A DNA stretch of 64,000 nucleotides from Nitrospirota bacterium (GTDB lineage Bacteria; Nitrospirota; UBA9217). This document shows positions 30,496 through 40,577 of this stretch, piece by piece. Positions within the stretch are counted from its first letter, which is position 1, and the number at the start of each line of letters is the position of its first letter. The stretch covers positions 2,176,001 to 2,240,000 of the forward strand of contig CAVTRN010000002.1 of NCBI GenBank assembly GCA_963737155.1, written 5' to 3'. The notes under the pieces are model-generated. The model was not told the origin of the DNA. It did not search any database and saw only the letters and a list, made by a program, of their open reading frames with translations. The position numbers and the translations under genes are program-made.

Positions 30496-30571
30496 GCCGA
30501 GGTAGCTCAGTTGGTAGAGCAGAGGCCTGAAAAGCCTCGTGTCCGCAGTTCGATTCTGCGCCTCGGCACCA
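30496..30571 (+). tRNA. tRNA-Phe(GAA)
   Basis: 76 nt; gccgagg/cctcggc acceptor stem, D loop AGTTGGTAGA, anticodon arm gaggc-CTGAAAA-gcctc, GTTCGA T loop, encoded CCA. Confidence 0.97.
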
Positions 30572-30689
30572 TTTTCACTTCTTTTCATTACCAAAGATAG
30601 GTGCTCGTTTTCACAGGTTGAAGGGCCTTATTTATCGCGTATCCTCTGCGTTCGTGTTTGTCATTTTTGATTTGCTATTCATCTACTTA

Positions 30690-32087
30690 TTAGTCCTTAT
30701 CGAACAATCCTAGTTGAAGCATCTTCTCACCGGGGAATGGCACCGGATACTCGCCATTGAAACAGGCAGCGCAGTAGTTCATCGGTAGCGGCACGACCTT
30801 TTGTATTCCTTCCATGCTGATGTAACCCAGTGAGTCAGCAGTTATGTATTTTCTGATTTCCTCGATACTGTGCGATGAAGCGATGAGTTCCTGCCGTGTT
30901 GGCATATCGATTCCGTAGAAACAGGGATATGAGGTGGGAGGCGAACTAATCCGCAAGTGGACCTCTGTTGCACCCGCGTTTCTAATCATTTTGATAATCT
31001 TCTTGCTTGTGGTGCCCCTAACAATCGAGTCGTCTACTACAACGACCCGCTTGCCTTTGAGCGCATCTCTGACAGGATTGAGCTTTATTTTGACACCGAA
31101 GTGCCGGATACTCTGCCTTGGTTCAATGAACGTGCGTCCTATATAGTGATTTCTAATGAGTCCCGTGTCAAAGGGGATTCCGGCTTCTTCCGCGTATCCC
31201 AGAGCGGCGGGTACGCCGGAATCTGGAACGGGGATGACGACGTCCGCTACGAGGCCAGTCTCGCGAGCCAGTTGTTTTCCTAAGTTTTTACGAATGGTGT
31301 AGACATTCTGACCGAAAACCATGCTGTCGGGCCGCGCGAAATAGATGAATTCAAATATGCAGTGGGACGGAGCTGCCTGTTTAAACGGGAAGGTTGAATG
31401 AATTCCTTTGTTATTGATCACAACCATTTCACCCGGTGCGATATCCCGGATGTATGTAGCTTCGATAAGATCGAAAGCACAGGTCTCCGAAGCTACCACG
31501 GAGGCGCCGTCGATCTCTCCGAGTGAGAGCGGCCGGAACCCGTGTGGGTCGCGGATGGCTATGAGTTCCTCTTCTGTTATGATAAGCAGACTGTAGGACC
31601 CCTCGACCTGACTGAGAGCGTCTACGATCCGTTCATGTAGTGTTGCTGCCCGTGACTGGGCAATTAGGTGTACGATCACTTCAGTGTCCGTGGTCATGAC
31701 GAAAATGGATCCGTACGCTTCGAGCTCGTCCTTGAGCAAACCCGCATTCACGATGTTCCCGTTATGCGCAACAGCCAGTCCACCCAGGGCGAAGTTAACG
31801 AGGATGGGCTGAATGTTTACAGCGGAACTTTCGCCGGAGGTCGAATACCGGTTGTGTCCGATGGCCGTATGCCCCAATAGTTTTTTGATCCGGTCTTCGG
31901 AGAATATATCTGCCACCAACCCCATCGCCTTTTGGATATGAAGTTTTTTGCCATCAGAAGAAACTATTCCCGCGGACTCCTGGCCACGGTGCTGCAGCGC
32001 ATAGAGGCCTAGATAGGTAAGATTTGCCGCATCGGGATGGCCGTAGATGCCGAATACTCCGCACTCTTCATGCATCTTGTCAAACAT
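30690..32087 (-). CDS. purF: Amidophosphoribosyltransferase
   Basis: [32 protein letters not shown]. Confidence 0.97.
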   Translation of the reverse strand: MFDKMHEECGVFGIYGHPDAANLTYLGLYALQHRGQESAGIVSSDGKKLHIQKAMGLVADIFSEDRIKKLLGHTAIGHNRYSTSGESSAVNIQPILVNFALGGLAVAHNGNIVNAGLLKDELEAYGSIFVMTTDTEVIVHLIAQSRAATLHERIVDALSQVEGSYSLLIITEEELIAIRDPHGFRPLSLGEIDGASVVASETCAFDLIEATYIRDIAPGEMVVINNKGIHSTFPFKQAAPSHCIFEFIYFARPDSMVFGQNVYTIRKNLGKQLARETGLVADVVIPVPDSGVPAALGYAEEAGIPFDTGLIRNHYIGRTFIEPRQSIRHFGVKIKLNPVRDALKGKRVVVVDDSIVRGTTSKKIIKMIRNAGATEVHLRISSPPTSYPCFYGIDMPTRQELIASSHSIEEIRKYITADSLGYISMEGIQKVVPLPMNYCAACFNGEYPVPFPGEKMLQLGLFDKD

Positions 32088-32092
32088 AATTG

Positions 32093-33394
32093 TTATACCT
32101 TCTTTTTAAAGACACGCTTGAATATGTAATCAACCTTCTTAAGCATATGAGACAGATCAAAACAATCGTCAATTTCACGATTGCTCAGATATTGTTTAAT
32201 ATCCCTATCGCTCTGCAAACGATCCTTGAAATCTCCCCCCTGTTTCCAAACCTCCATGGCATTCCGCTGCACGTAAGAATAGGCGGTTTCGCGAGTCAGG
32301 CCTTTGGCCACCAGTGCAAGCATGACCGTTTCGGAATGAAAAAGCCCTTTCGAGAGCGACATGTTCCGTTTCATATTCTGCGAATAAACAAATAACCGAT
32401 CAATTAGGTTGTTGAACCTAATGAGCATATAATCGATGAGAATCGTGCTGTCGGGGATAATAATGCGTTCCACCGAAGAATGGCTGATATCCCGCTCGTG
32501 CCAAAGCGCGATGTTCTCCATGGCTGCAAGAGAATTGGACCGGACCACGCGGGCAAGACCGGACAGGTTTTCCGCGGATATGGGGTTCCTCTTATGCGGC
32601 ATTGCTGATGACCCCTTCTGACCTTCGGAGAAGAACTCCTCGGCCTCGAGCACTTCAGTGCGCTGAAGGTGTCGGAGTTCGACGGAAAACTTTTCAATCG
32701 AGGAGGCGATAAGGGCAAGAGCGGAGAGGAATTCCGCATGCCGGTCCCGCTGCACTACCTGCGTTGCCACCGGTTCCGGTGTGAGCCCCAGCTTGCGGCA
32801 TACATAGGTCTCGACAAAAGGATCGATGTTCGCAAAGGTGCCTACTGCGCCCGAGACCTTGCCTACACTAATAACCTTCCTGGCACGTATCATGCGGTCA
32901 CGAGCGCGACCCATTTCCTCGTACCATGTCGCCATTTTGAGCCCGAAAGTGATTGGCTCGGCATGTACGCCATGGGAGCGACCAATCATTACCGTGTTTT
33001 TGTGCTGTCGGGCCTGCTTCTTCAGCGTGGACATCACCATGTCGATGTCCTTGAGGATAATGTCCGATGCCCTGCGCATAAGCGAGGCAAGAGAAGTATC
33101 AAGCACATCCGAGGAGGTGAGTCCCAGATGTATGTAACGGGAATCAGGCCCTACGTGCTCTCCGACTGCAGTCAGAAAGGCAATTACGTCATGCTTCACG
33201 ATCTTCTCGAGAGAATCGATACGTTTGACGGTGAAGGCCGCATTTTTTTTGATTTTTGCAAGTGCCTTGGCGGGGATTAACCCAAGCTTCGCATTCGCTT
33301 CGCAGGCGAGGATTTCCACTTCGAGCCAGGCACTGTATCTGCTTTCCGGTTCCCAGAGTCCCGCCATTTCGGGTCTGCTGTAACGAGAGATCAT
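32093..33394 (-). CDS. purB: Adenylosuccinate lyase
   Basis: [23 protein letters not shown]. Confidence 0.97.
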   Translation of the reverse strand: MISRYSRPEMAGLWEPESRYSAWLEVEILACEANAKLGLIPAKALAKIKKNAAFTVKRIDSLEKIVKHDVIAFLTAVGEHVGPDSRYIHLGLTSSDVLDTSLASLMRRASDIILKDIDMVMSTLKKQARQHKNTVMIGRSHGVHAEPITFGLKMATWYEEMGRARDRMIRARKVISVGKVSGAVGTFANIDPFVETYVCRKLGLTPEPVATQVVQRDRHAEFLSALALIASSIEKFSVELRHLQRTEVLEAEEFFSEGQKGSSAMPHKRNPISAENLSGLARVVRSNSLAAMENIALWHERDISHSSVERIIIPDSTILIDYMLIRFNNLIDRLFVYSQNMKRNMSLSKGLFHSETVMLALVAKGLTRETAYSYVQRNAMEVWKQGGDFKDRLQSDRDIKQYLSNREIDDCFDLSHMLKKVDYIFKRVFKKKV

Positions 33395-33585
33395 TCTTGT
33401 CTCCAACTAATCAAATAAAATTTCGTGAGCAAAATAGTTTGAGGATTCAGGGCTTCTGTTAAGACACCTATTGTTTTCATGCAAACAAAATTCATATCAA
33501 AAGTAAAAGAAGATACAAATCTTTCTCACGAATGACGCTATTAACACAAATTCTACGGACTGAAGCAGGACTTCTGGATCTCAAT

Positions 33586-34077
33586 TCATAACAGCCGGGA
33601 AATGAGATCGTAAGAAGCCCTGTCGAAGGCAACAAGAGAGACTGCCAGATTATGCTCTCCCGCCCCTTCCTTCAAACCTTCTTGTAAAGCGTGAACAGCA
33701 GTTTCATAATCGGCGTTAGCCGGGGGAAAGTACTCCAGTGCGGCGACCGCAATTTTAATGGCGCTTATGCTTGCCGCAGTCATCATTGCCACACTCTTAA
33801 GTGTTGAGCACGAGAACTCCGATTGCGGGCCGAGGCCTACTAAGAAAATCTTTTCCGCCGGAATCTTGCGACGATTGGCTAGCAGCGCCATTTCACCCAG
33901 CGCACCGCGCAGCCTTTTCTCGACGATGAGTCTCGACAGAGAGCCGCAAAGGAGCCAGTCGAGGTGGCCAGCAAGGCTCTTGAGCGGTCTCACGTCTTCG
34001 TAAAAGCCGACAACGATAGCGTCACTCTCAATCGTCTTAATGTCCTGAAATATGACATCCACCGCTAATTCGGCCAT
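33586..34077 (-). CDS. Stand-alone M17 peptidase N-terminal-like domain protein
   Basis: FYEDVRPL..LAG.LDW.L.G.LSRL, KIFLVGLG. Confidence 0.65.
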   Translation of the reverse strand: MAELAVDVIFQDIKTIESDAIVVGFYEDVRPLKSLAGHLDWLLCGSLSRLIVEKRLRGALGEMALLANRRKIPAEKIFLVGLGPQSEFSCSTLKSVAMMTAASISAIKIAVAALEYFPPANADYETAVHALQEGLKEGAGEHNLAVSLVAFDRASYDLISRLL

Positions 34078-34085
34078 CTTATAGC

Positions 34086-34517
34086 TTAATCCTCAATCTT
34101 GCTTTCTTCTAGTTTTCCCGTCAATCGCGCCACACGGTCTAATATCCCGTTCACAAAAGCTCCCGATTCGTCGGTGCCGAACTTTTTAGCGATTTCGATA
34201 GCCTCATTAATTGTTACACTGGTGGGGATGTCAATACGGTAGACAATCTCGTAGATGGCCATTCTGAGCACATTGCGGTCTACCACGGCCATACGATCGA
34301 GGCTCCAGTTCTTCGCGCATTGATGGATCAGGTCGTTGATCTTGGGAAGATACTTGTAAGTTCCCTTGACAATCTCTTCTGCGAAATCTCTGACCTCATC
34401 GTCCGGATTGTATTCAGTCCAGAAACGCTTCAGAATAACCGCCGAAGGCTTTTCCTTTCTGATATCAAGCTGAAAAAGTATCTGAAGTGCGTGTTCCCTG
34501 GCTTTGCGTCTTTTCAT
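34086..34517 (-). CDS. nusB: Transcription antitermination factor NusB
   Basis: RRKAREHALQILFQ, INEAIEIAKKFG, FVNGILD. Confidence 0.96.
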   Translation of the reverse strand: MKRRKAREHALQILFQLDIRKEKPSAVILKRFWTEYNPDDEVRDFAEEIVKGTYKYLPKINDLIHQCAKNWSLDRMAVVDRNVLRMAIYEIVYRIDIPTSVTINEAIEIAKKFGTDESGAFVNGILDRVARLTGKLEESKIED

Positions 34518-34558
34518 ACACTCTCGTCCGACCGCCGTCTTTCCGAACGCATCCGTCC

Positions 34559-35026
34559 TTATGCCATCTGGTTCACAACATTCGCCATTTCGATCGCAGA
34601 CATTGCCGCATCCCAGCCCTTGTTGCCGCTCTTAGTGCCCGCGCGCTCGATTGCCTGTTCGATTGTATCGGTGGTAAGTACGCCGAAAATGACCGGCACA
34701 CCGGTATCCATGGCAACCATTGCCACACCCTTACTCACTTCAGCGCTTACGTATTCAAAATGCGGAGTCGCCCCGCGAATCACCGCGCCGAGACAGATTA
34801 CCGCATGGTACTTCTTCGACTGGGCCATCATTTTCGCCACGAGGGGAATCTCATAGGAACCGGGGACTTTAACAATTTCAATATCATTTTCAGCCACACC
34901 GTGGCGCTGCAGCCCATCAAGAGCGCCTTCTAGCAGCCTGCCCGTGATAAAGTCGTTAAATCGCGCTGAAACAATTCCGAATCTGAAGCCTTTTCCGATT
35001 AGCTCTCCCTGGATGATTTTCGCCAT
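34559..35026 (-). CDS. ribH: 6,7-dimethyl-8-ribityllumazine synthase
   Basis: [23 protein letters not shown]. Confidence 0.97.
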   Translation of the reverse strand: MAKIIQGELIGKGFRFGIVSARFNDFITGRLLEGALDGLQRHGVAENDIEIVKVPGSYEIPLVAKMMAQSKKYHAVICLGAVIRGATPHFEYVSAEVSKGVAMVAMDTGVPVIFGVLTTDTIEQAIERAGTKSGNKGWDAAMSAIEMANVVNQMA

Positions 35027-35059
35027 CGTTTCCTCCGCACCATGCGCCCTAAAACTGTA

Positions 35060-36265
35060 TTAGACTTTCTCGAGCATATGCCCGAGCTTGTTTTTCTTCA
35101 CCTTAAGATAATGGATATTTTTTGAGTGAGGATGCATTTCGATAGGTACCCGGGCGACAACGGTAAGCCCATAGCCTTCAAGACCCACGATCTTTTTGGG
35201 ATTGTTCGTAAGCAGTTTAATTTTGCGGATACCAAGGTCCCGAATAATTTGAGCACCAACACCGTAATCCCGGAGATCGGCCTTGAACCCCAGCGCAAGG
35301 TTCGCCTCGACTGTATCCTTACCCATATCCTGAAGCTCATAGGCCTTGAGTTTGCCTTCCAGTCCGATTCCACGTCCTTCCTGACGCATATACAGAATCA
35401 CGCCCTTGCCTTCCTTGTCGATCATCTGCATGGCGTTACGAAGTTGTTCGCCGCAGTCGCAGCGCATTGAACCAAATACATCGCCGGTCAGGCACTCAGA
35501 ATGGACCCGCACCATTACCTCGTCATCAGGCTTGATGTCTCCTTTGACCAAAGCGATGTGGTTCTGGCGATCGATGTCGTTCGCATAGAGGATCGCTGTA
35601 AACTCATTGCCGTAAGACGTCGGAAGTTTCGTCACCGCGACACGTCGGACAAGGGATTCCTTCTTTACCCGGTAGGCGATGAGGTCCTTAATGGTTACAA
35701 TTTTCATCTTGTATGTCTTGGCGAACTCCATTAACTGGGGAACACGCGCCATGGTACCGTCATCGTTCATGATTTCGCAGATTACACCTGCGGGAAAGAG
35801 GCCAGCGAGCCGCGCAAGGTCAACCGAACCCTCGGTTTGGCCTGCGCGCTGCAGTACACCGCCCGCTTTTGCACGGAGCGGAAACACATGCCCGGGCCTC
35901 GCTAGATCTTCAGGCCCGGACTTCGGGCTGATCGCCGTCTTTATCGTTGTTGCCCGGTCGGCGGCGGAGATGCCAGTGGTCACGCCTTTTTTCGCTTCGA
36001 TAGATATGGTGAATGCCGTACCGAAAGCCGATGTATTATCCGTTGTCATCATGGGCAACTGCAGACGCTCAACTCTATCTGGTGTTATGGATAGGCAGAT
36101 GAGGCCCCTACCGAACTTTGCCATAAAATTTATGGCTTCAGGCGTTATGGTTTCCGCGGCCATAGTAAGGTCGCCTTCGTTCTCGCGATCCTCATCATCC
36201 ACGAGAATGACCATTTTCCCGTTCTTTATATCCTCTATGGCTTCTTCAATCGTGTTAAATTTCAT
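35060..36265 (-). CDS. ribBA: Bifunctional DHBP synthase / GTP cyclohydrolase II
   Basis: [31 protein letters not shown]. Confidence 0.97.
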   Translation of the reverse strand: MKFNTIEEAIEDIKNGKMVILVDDEDRENEGDLTMAAETITPEAINFMAKFGRGLICLSITPDRVERLQLPMMTTDNTSAFGTAFTISIEAKKGVTTGISAADRATTIKTAISPKSGPEDLARPGHVFPLRAKAGGVLQRAGQTEGSVDLARLAGLFPAGVICEIMNDDGTMARVPQLMEFAKTYKMKIVTIKDLIAYRVKKESLVRRVAVTKLPTSYGNEFTAILYANDIDRQNHIALVKGDIKPDDEVMVRVHSECLTGDVFGSMRCDCGEQLRNAMQMIDKEGKGVILYMRQEGRGIGLEGKLKAYELQDMGKDTVEANLALGFKADLRDYGVGAQIIRDLGIRKIKLLTNNPKKIVGLEGYGLTVVARVPIEMHPHSKNIHYLKVKKNKLGHMLEKV

Positions 36266-36360
36266 AAATTCACCTCAAGTATACAGAGTCAAGTAGCAAT
36301 GAACGAGAACAGGAGAAAACGTTTCCAAACCCCAGTTTCCGGCCCCTTTTCCCCTGTTTT

Positions 36361-36999
36361 CTAAGCAAATCCCGTTTTCTTGAGCAACTCGAGAGTAACT
36401 CCGTTCTCCATCCTTCCGGACAATAGGCGTTCGACATACTTGCCGATAATGTCTCCCTCCAAGTTCACGCTGTCGCCTGCAGATTTGAACCCCAGAGTCG
36501 TGAACTTGGCAGTATGAGGGATCATGGCGATTGAAAAACCGGTTTTATCCACATCCGCAACCGTAAGACTGATACCGTCTATCGCAATGGAGCCTTTTTT
36601 GATTACATACCTAAGGAGCGTTTCCGGCGCATCGATGAAAATTTTCCAACCGTTCCCCTCTTCCCGTTTGTCCCGTATACGTCCGACAGCGTCTACGTGT
36701 CCACTTACCAGATGGCCGCCGATACGCGCGGATAGCTGAAGTGCCCGTTCCAAGTTCACCTTTGCTCCGATTTTCAGGTCTCCGAGATTGGTAACCTTAA
36801 GTGTTTCAACAGCCACATCAGCGGTAAACTCGTTTTTATCGATATCCACTACGGTAAGGCAAACTCCGCTCACACTGATGCTATCTCCCAGGACCGTATT
36901 TCCGATCACTGCGGACGCCGATATGGTAATTCGGGCAGTGGCTGCATCACGCCGATACGCTTTGACGTCCCCGATTTCTTCCACGATGCCGGTGAACAC
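36361..36999 (-). CDS. ribE: Riboflavin synthase
   Basis: MFTGIVEE, GGHLVSGHVD, KGSIAIDGISLT. Confidence 0.96.
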   Translation of the reverse strand: MFTGIVEEIGDVKAYRRDAATARITISASAVIGNTVLGDSISVSGVCLTVVDIDKNEFTADVAVETLKVTNLGDLKIGAKVNLERALQLSARIGGHLVSGHVDAVGRIRDKREEGNGWKIFIDAPETLLRYVIKKGSIAIDGISLTVADVDKTGFSIAMIPHTAKFTTLGFKSAGDSVNLEGDIIGKYVERLLSGRMENGVTLELLKKTGFA

Positions 37000-37012
37000 T
37001 GATTCCTCCTAT

Positions 37013-37805
37013 TTAAAAAGCGAAAAGGATCACAAATTCGATACGTCGGTTCTTGCGCCTGCCATCTTCCGTGTGTTCGGAGCAACAGGCTAATATTCAC
37101 CTGTAGCCAATGGCAGAAAGAAGGAAGGGCCAACGCCATCGAGTTTCTGAAGATAACGGTCTACTACGGTAGCGCTCCATGGCGAAAAACCCAAGTTCGT
37201 CGGTAACATAGTCTTCAGCGGACTCGCGATTTTCATGTTATCGGTATATCTTTCACTCTCGGCGTCTGTCTTTCGCATCCTGCAGAGTCCTTTCGACTTT
37301 GTCCAGAACCCATTTCCCATCCTTGCCGGTCATCGTGCTTTCTGAAGGGAATATAATCTTATCCACCACCGTTAGATGGTTATGCATCCATGTTATTTGA
37401 ACCTGTCCTTCCTAAATCTCCTTTGCGAGCTTTTTAATCAAATCCGGAAGGTCTGCAAGACCTTCACGATCTTTCACCTTCTCGTTTTTTCCTATAACTC
37501 AAAAACCTTATTCAGCAAATGCCGCTTTATCCCATGATAACTATTTCCTGCTGTTTTTGGATTCCCGTCTTCTCATTTTCAAGGGAATCTATATCCCACT
37601 TAAGAGTTTTTCCCCTTTGCGGAACCTTTCTCGGCCTTTTTCATATTATCAAGTTTGGCGGAAAAGCTCTCTACCTGTGCATGAAGGTCGTCGGTTTCTC
37701 TGACAGTGAGGCAGCCTCTTTCGATTTTAAATCAAAGGTCCACTATGAAACGCAACCGGCAAAGAACAACAAGACAAATACCTGGAAAATAAGCTATTTT
37801 TCAGG
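37013..37805 (-). pseudogene. Eroded MotB/OmpA-domain lipoprotein gene
   Basis: Frame-hopping fragments: LFAGCVS lipobox, KLAKEI*EGQVQI, VDKIIFPS, YTDNMKIASPLKTMLPTN, LSAIGY/GEY*PVAPN, TEDGRRKNRRIEFVIL; multiple stops and frameshifts. Confidence 0.75.
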
Positions 37806-37999
37806 TACGCCCACTTCTCGTTGCAATGATGGGAGATAGGATATTGAGCCTGGTTATAATAACTTCGACCGCCTTTATTGTCAAGGACATTGTGGCGGAA
37901 AGGGGCTGAATTTAAAGGCAAGTTCTATTGCCCATATAAAAATTCAGAGCTGATCATATTTTCATGAATAATCGCATGCTGCGGAATAAAGACGTATGA

Positions 38000-38130
38000 G
38001 TAGCTACCCACGGGCTTACGCCCCTAGCACTTTGAAACCACATAAGCACCCCTCCTAACTACCCCGGAGGAGAAGAAAAAAATAAGCGACGCATTCGTCT
38101 ACGAGCTAAGGCCTGTGGTCTTCTGCTTCT
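38000..38130. mobile_element. Possible IS200/IS605-type end relics (miniature element)
   Basis: gctacccacgggcttacgcccctagc hairpin and gcattcgtctacgagctaaggcctgtggtcttc resemble degenerate IS605 subterminal hairpins. Confidence 0.3.
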
Positions 38131-38374
38131 TATTTTACAAACAGTCGTTTTACTGACATTATAGTTCTCTAAATCCTATCGATAGAAGCTTGTCCATCTC
38201 CACAGTACCACGGGCAAAACATACCTTGGGACATTATAAGCTAAGCTTTTTGGTGCACTGATGATACTCATCATTGTGCGATGGAAAACGGCTTGCCTTA
38301 GTTTTTTGGCCCTTACGACGCCGAGATATTTAGTCTGATATATATTGATTGCCTGGACTATCAAAGCTTGGAAT

Positions 38375-38617
38375 GAAGAACTTGAGGAAAAAATAAAAGC
38401 AGCAGCCAAGTGGATATCAAGTATGCGCAAAATAATGGTGTATTCCGCATCGAAGACTTTAAAAAAAGATAGCAGTCAAAAGACCTTCAGTTTAATATTG
38501 ATAATAAAAAACAGAAGGTTGCCGCATTTGAACGAAAACTGACGGAACTCAAGGCCGACAAAAAAAACGGAAAAGTGAGGATTTGTTTCGGTTCAAATAA
38601 GCTTTTCAGGCAGCAAT
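38375..38617 (+). pseudogene. Fragment of a second TnpB-related gene
   Basis: EELEEKIKAAAKWI and, in another frame, NKKQKVAAFERKLTELKADKKNGKVRICFGSNKLFRQQ align with EKLEHKIKSARKWI and NKKRKLHSSEQKLEKLKYDLDKGRIRICFGTKKLFHKQ of the 9023-10711 protein. Confidence 0.8.
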
Positions 38618-38917
38618 CATCCGATGAAACATGGCATCCCAATGTTGCACAAGGTTTTCGATAGAAACGCGCACAACTCAAAAACTCTTCAGAATTTCAT
38701 CTTTGAGCTTGGACACTATGACATGAAGAACAAGTTGCTCGTTGTATGATCGTGTCATAGCGTCGGTGAGAAACGTCACGGAGATAACAGATTGGATGTG
38801 ATATCCTCCGTGGTATACCTATTCCAACAAAAAACAGTACAGGCGCAAAATTAAGAGACCTTTCTCTAAATATCTTTTTAAATGAACTCTGCGCCTATGC
38901 TAGATCGTCTTTGGTTA

Positions 38918-39148
38918 CTATCCTACCTGTATAATCTGGACAGGGCAGGAATCAGCCGCTTCTTTAACTTTGTCTAAATACTCCGCCGGTGCGTTACCTT
39001 CCGCCGGATTGCCGCCGATCTGGAACTTTGACGTAACCTGACTCCAGCTGTCAGTTGCATTCTGCTCGAAAAATTCAGGGCAAACGGCCCAGCATGATTC
39101 ACAGCTAATACACTCTTCTCTCCTGATCGTAACTTTGGTATTTGCCAT
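38918..39148 (-). CDS. Single-cluster [4Fe-4S] ferredoxin
   Basis: CISCESC..VCP ... AADSCPVQII. Confidence 0.9.
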   Translation of the reverse strand: MANTKVTIRREECISCESCWAVCPEFFEQNATDSWSQVTSKFQIGGNPAEGNAPAEYLDKVKEAADSCPVQIIQVG

Positions 39149-39234
39149 TATTGCACCCCTCATCGTTGAATTTCCGGGTGAGTCCCGGCGTAGATTTTTC
39201 CGGCGCTTTAGCGCTGTTTCTTTTTTGTCAATAA

Positions 39235-39558
39235 TTATGCAAGTCTTTTCTGCTCAAGAATATCATCAACCCAAGAAAGAGCTGCCGAGACATTGGGGAA
39301 TCCAATCGTGTTTATGAGCAGGATAATGGCATGACGTATTTCTTCGGGCTTTGCACCCGCTGCCAGTGCCCGCCGCGCATGTGAATGGACCGATCCCTCG
39401 GAATGCGATGTCGCCGCCGCAGCCAGTTGAATCAGATGGGCTGTTTTCTTATTCAGCGGACCTGCAGCCTTTGCTTCTTTGCCGAGATTTTCTACGGCTT
39501 TCATTAATTTTGCATATTTTTTTTGTATTCTTGCATATTGATTCGGCAGCTTCGGCAT
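39235..39558 (-). CDS. Carboxymuconolactone decarboxylase (CMD/AhpD-like) family protein
   Basis: GPLNKKTAHLIQLA...SEGSVHSH.RRAL..GA..EEI...TIGFP. Confidence 0.85.
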   Translation of the reverse strand: MPKLPNQYARIQKKYAKLMKAVENLGKEAKAAGPLNKKTAHLIQLAAAATSHSEGSVHSHARRALAAGAKPEEIRHAIILLINTIGFPNVSAALSWVDDILEQKRLA

Positions 39559-39755
39559 ATGCCCCTCCGCTTAAATTGTGATTTCTTTTAAGACAAGACT
39601 GGCTTCCTGATTGCAAAACCAATATCCCTAGTCTAGGTGAAACCACAGCAATAGTCAAGTGCACTCCAGCAGAAGCGCAGGCTGCAAGGGAGGGACGCAG
39701 CAATTCGGGAAAACGATCGTTGATCAAAAAAGTGTATCAGGCAGGAACACAACAC

Positions 39756-39788
39756 AAAAAAGGCAGCATTCATTTCCATGCCGCCTTT
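39756..39788 (-). terminator. Intrinsic terminator of rplU-rpmA
   Basis: Minus strand aaaggcggcat-loop-atgctgcctttttt. Confidence 0.7.
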
Positions 39789-39814
39789 CAGTGAACGATC
39801 AAATACTCGATTCG

Positions 39815-40072
39815 CTATAATGCCGCGTATACACTTACCTGCTTACGATGCTTATCCTTGCGTTCGAACTTCACCACACCATTGATCTTGGCAAAGAGCG
39901 TATCGTCGCTTCCCTTCCCCACATTTGTTCCAGGATGGACCTTGGTTCCGCGCTGACGAATAATAATCGTTCCTGCATTCACTTGCTCGCCGTCGTAACG
40001 CTTTACACCGAGGTACTGTGGGTTGCTGTCTCTGCCGTTTCTTGAACTGCCAACGCCCTTTTTATGAGCCAT
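39815..40072 (-). CDS. rpmA: 50S ribosomal protein L27
   Basis: [16 protein letters not shown]. Confidence 0.98.
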   Translation of the reverse strand: MAHKKGVGSSRNGRDSNPQYLGVKRYDGEQVNAGTIIIRQRGTKVHPGTNVGKGSDDTLFAKINGVVKFERKDKHRKQVSVYAAL

Positions 40073-40099
40073 GATTCATCCTCCGAATTCGTCTCCCGC

Positions 40100-40411
40100 T
40101 TACGCAATAATTTCTTTTATCTTGATTGTTGTGTAGTTCTGCCGGTGGCCGTTGGTTTTGCGAAAGCCTTTCCGTCTCCGGTGCTTGAAAATAAGGAGTT
40201 TCTCTCCCCTGCCCTCTCCTAAAATCTCGACTGTTACCTTAGCAGAAGCGAGCAGAGGCTTACCAACAGATATCTTGTCGTCATCGGCAATCATGAAGAT
40301 ATCCTTTAATTCGATAGTATCGCCTTTCTTGGCGTCAAGACTCTCCACCCTAACAACATCTCCGGGGGCAACTTTGTACTGCTTCCCACCGGTAGCGATT
40401 ACTGCGTACAT
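40100..40411 (-). CDS. rplU: 50S ribosomal protein L21
   Basis: MYAVIATGGKQYKV, GHRQ.YT. Confidence 0.98.
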   Translation of the reverse strand: MYAVIATGGKQYKVAPGDVVRVESLDAKKGDTIELKDIFMIADDDKISVGKPLLASAKVTVEILGEGRGEKLLIFKHRRRKGFRKTNGHRQNYTTIKIKEIIA

Positions 40412-40456
40412 TTTTATAACCTCCTTGACCTATCCAAAGCTACATTAAGAGGAAGC

Positions 40457-40486
40457 ACATTACCACGTAACTTGCGAACTTGTCAA
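40457..40486 (-). promoter_or_regulatory. Putative sigma70 promoter of rplU
   Basis: TTGACA-N18-TAATGT with TG extension on the minus strand. Confidence 0.55.
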
Positions 40487-40577
40487 GGGAAAAAACAAGT
40501 ATCGCAGATTTCCCACCTCCGGGTAGACAAGGCGAGACTAAAAGCATCCAGGTTTATAAGGTTCTTTCGATTTCCCC

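Noticed and set aside
30496-30690. tRNA-Phe as an integration site for an island
   Set aside because: No integrase and no duplicated tRNA 3' end seen; purF follows immediately.
38745-38759. TATGA-tcgtg-TCATA as a third Crp/Fnr site
   Set aside because: Spacer is 5 bp rather than 6, and no gene start is suitably placed.
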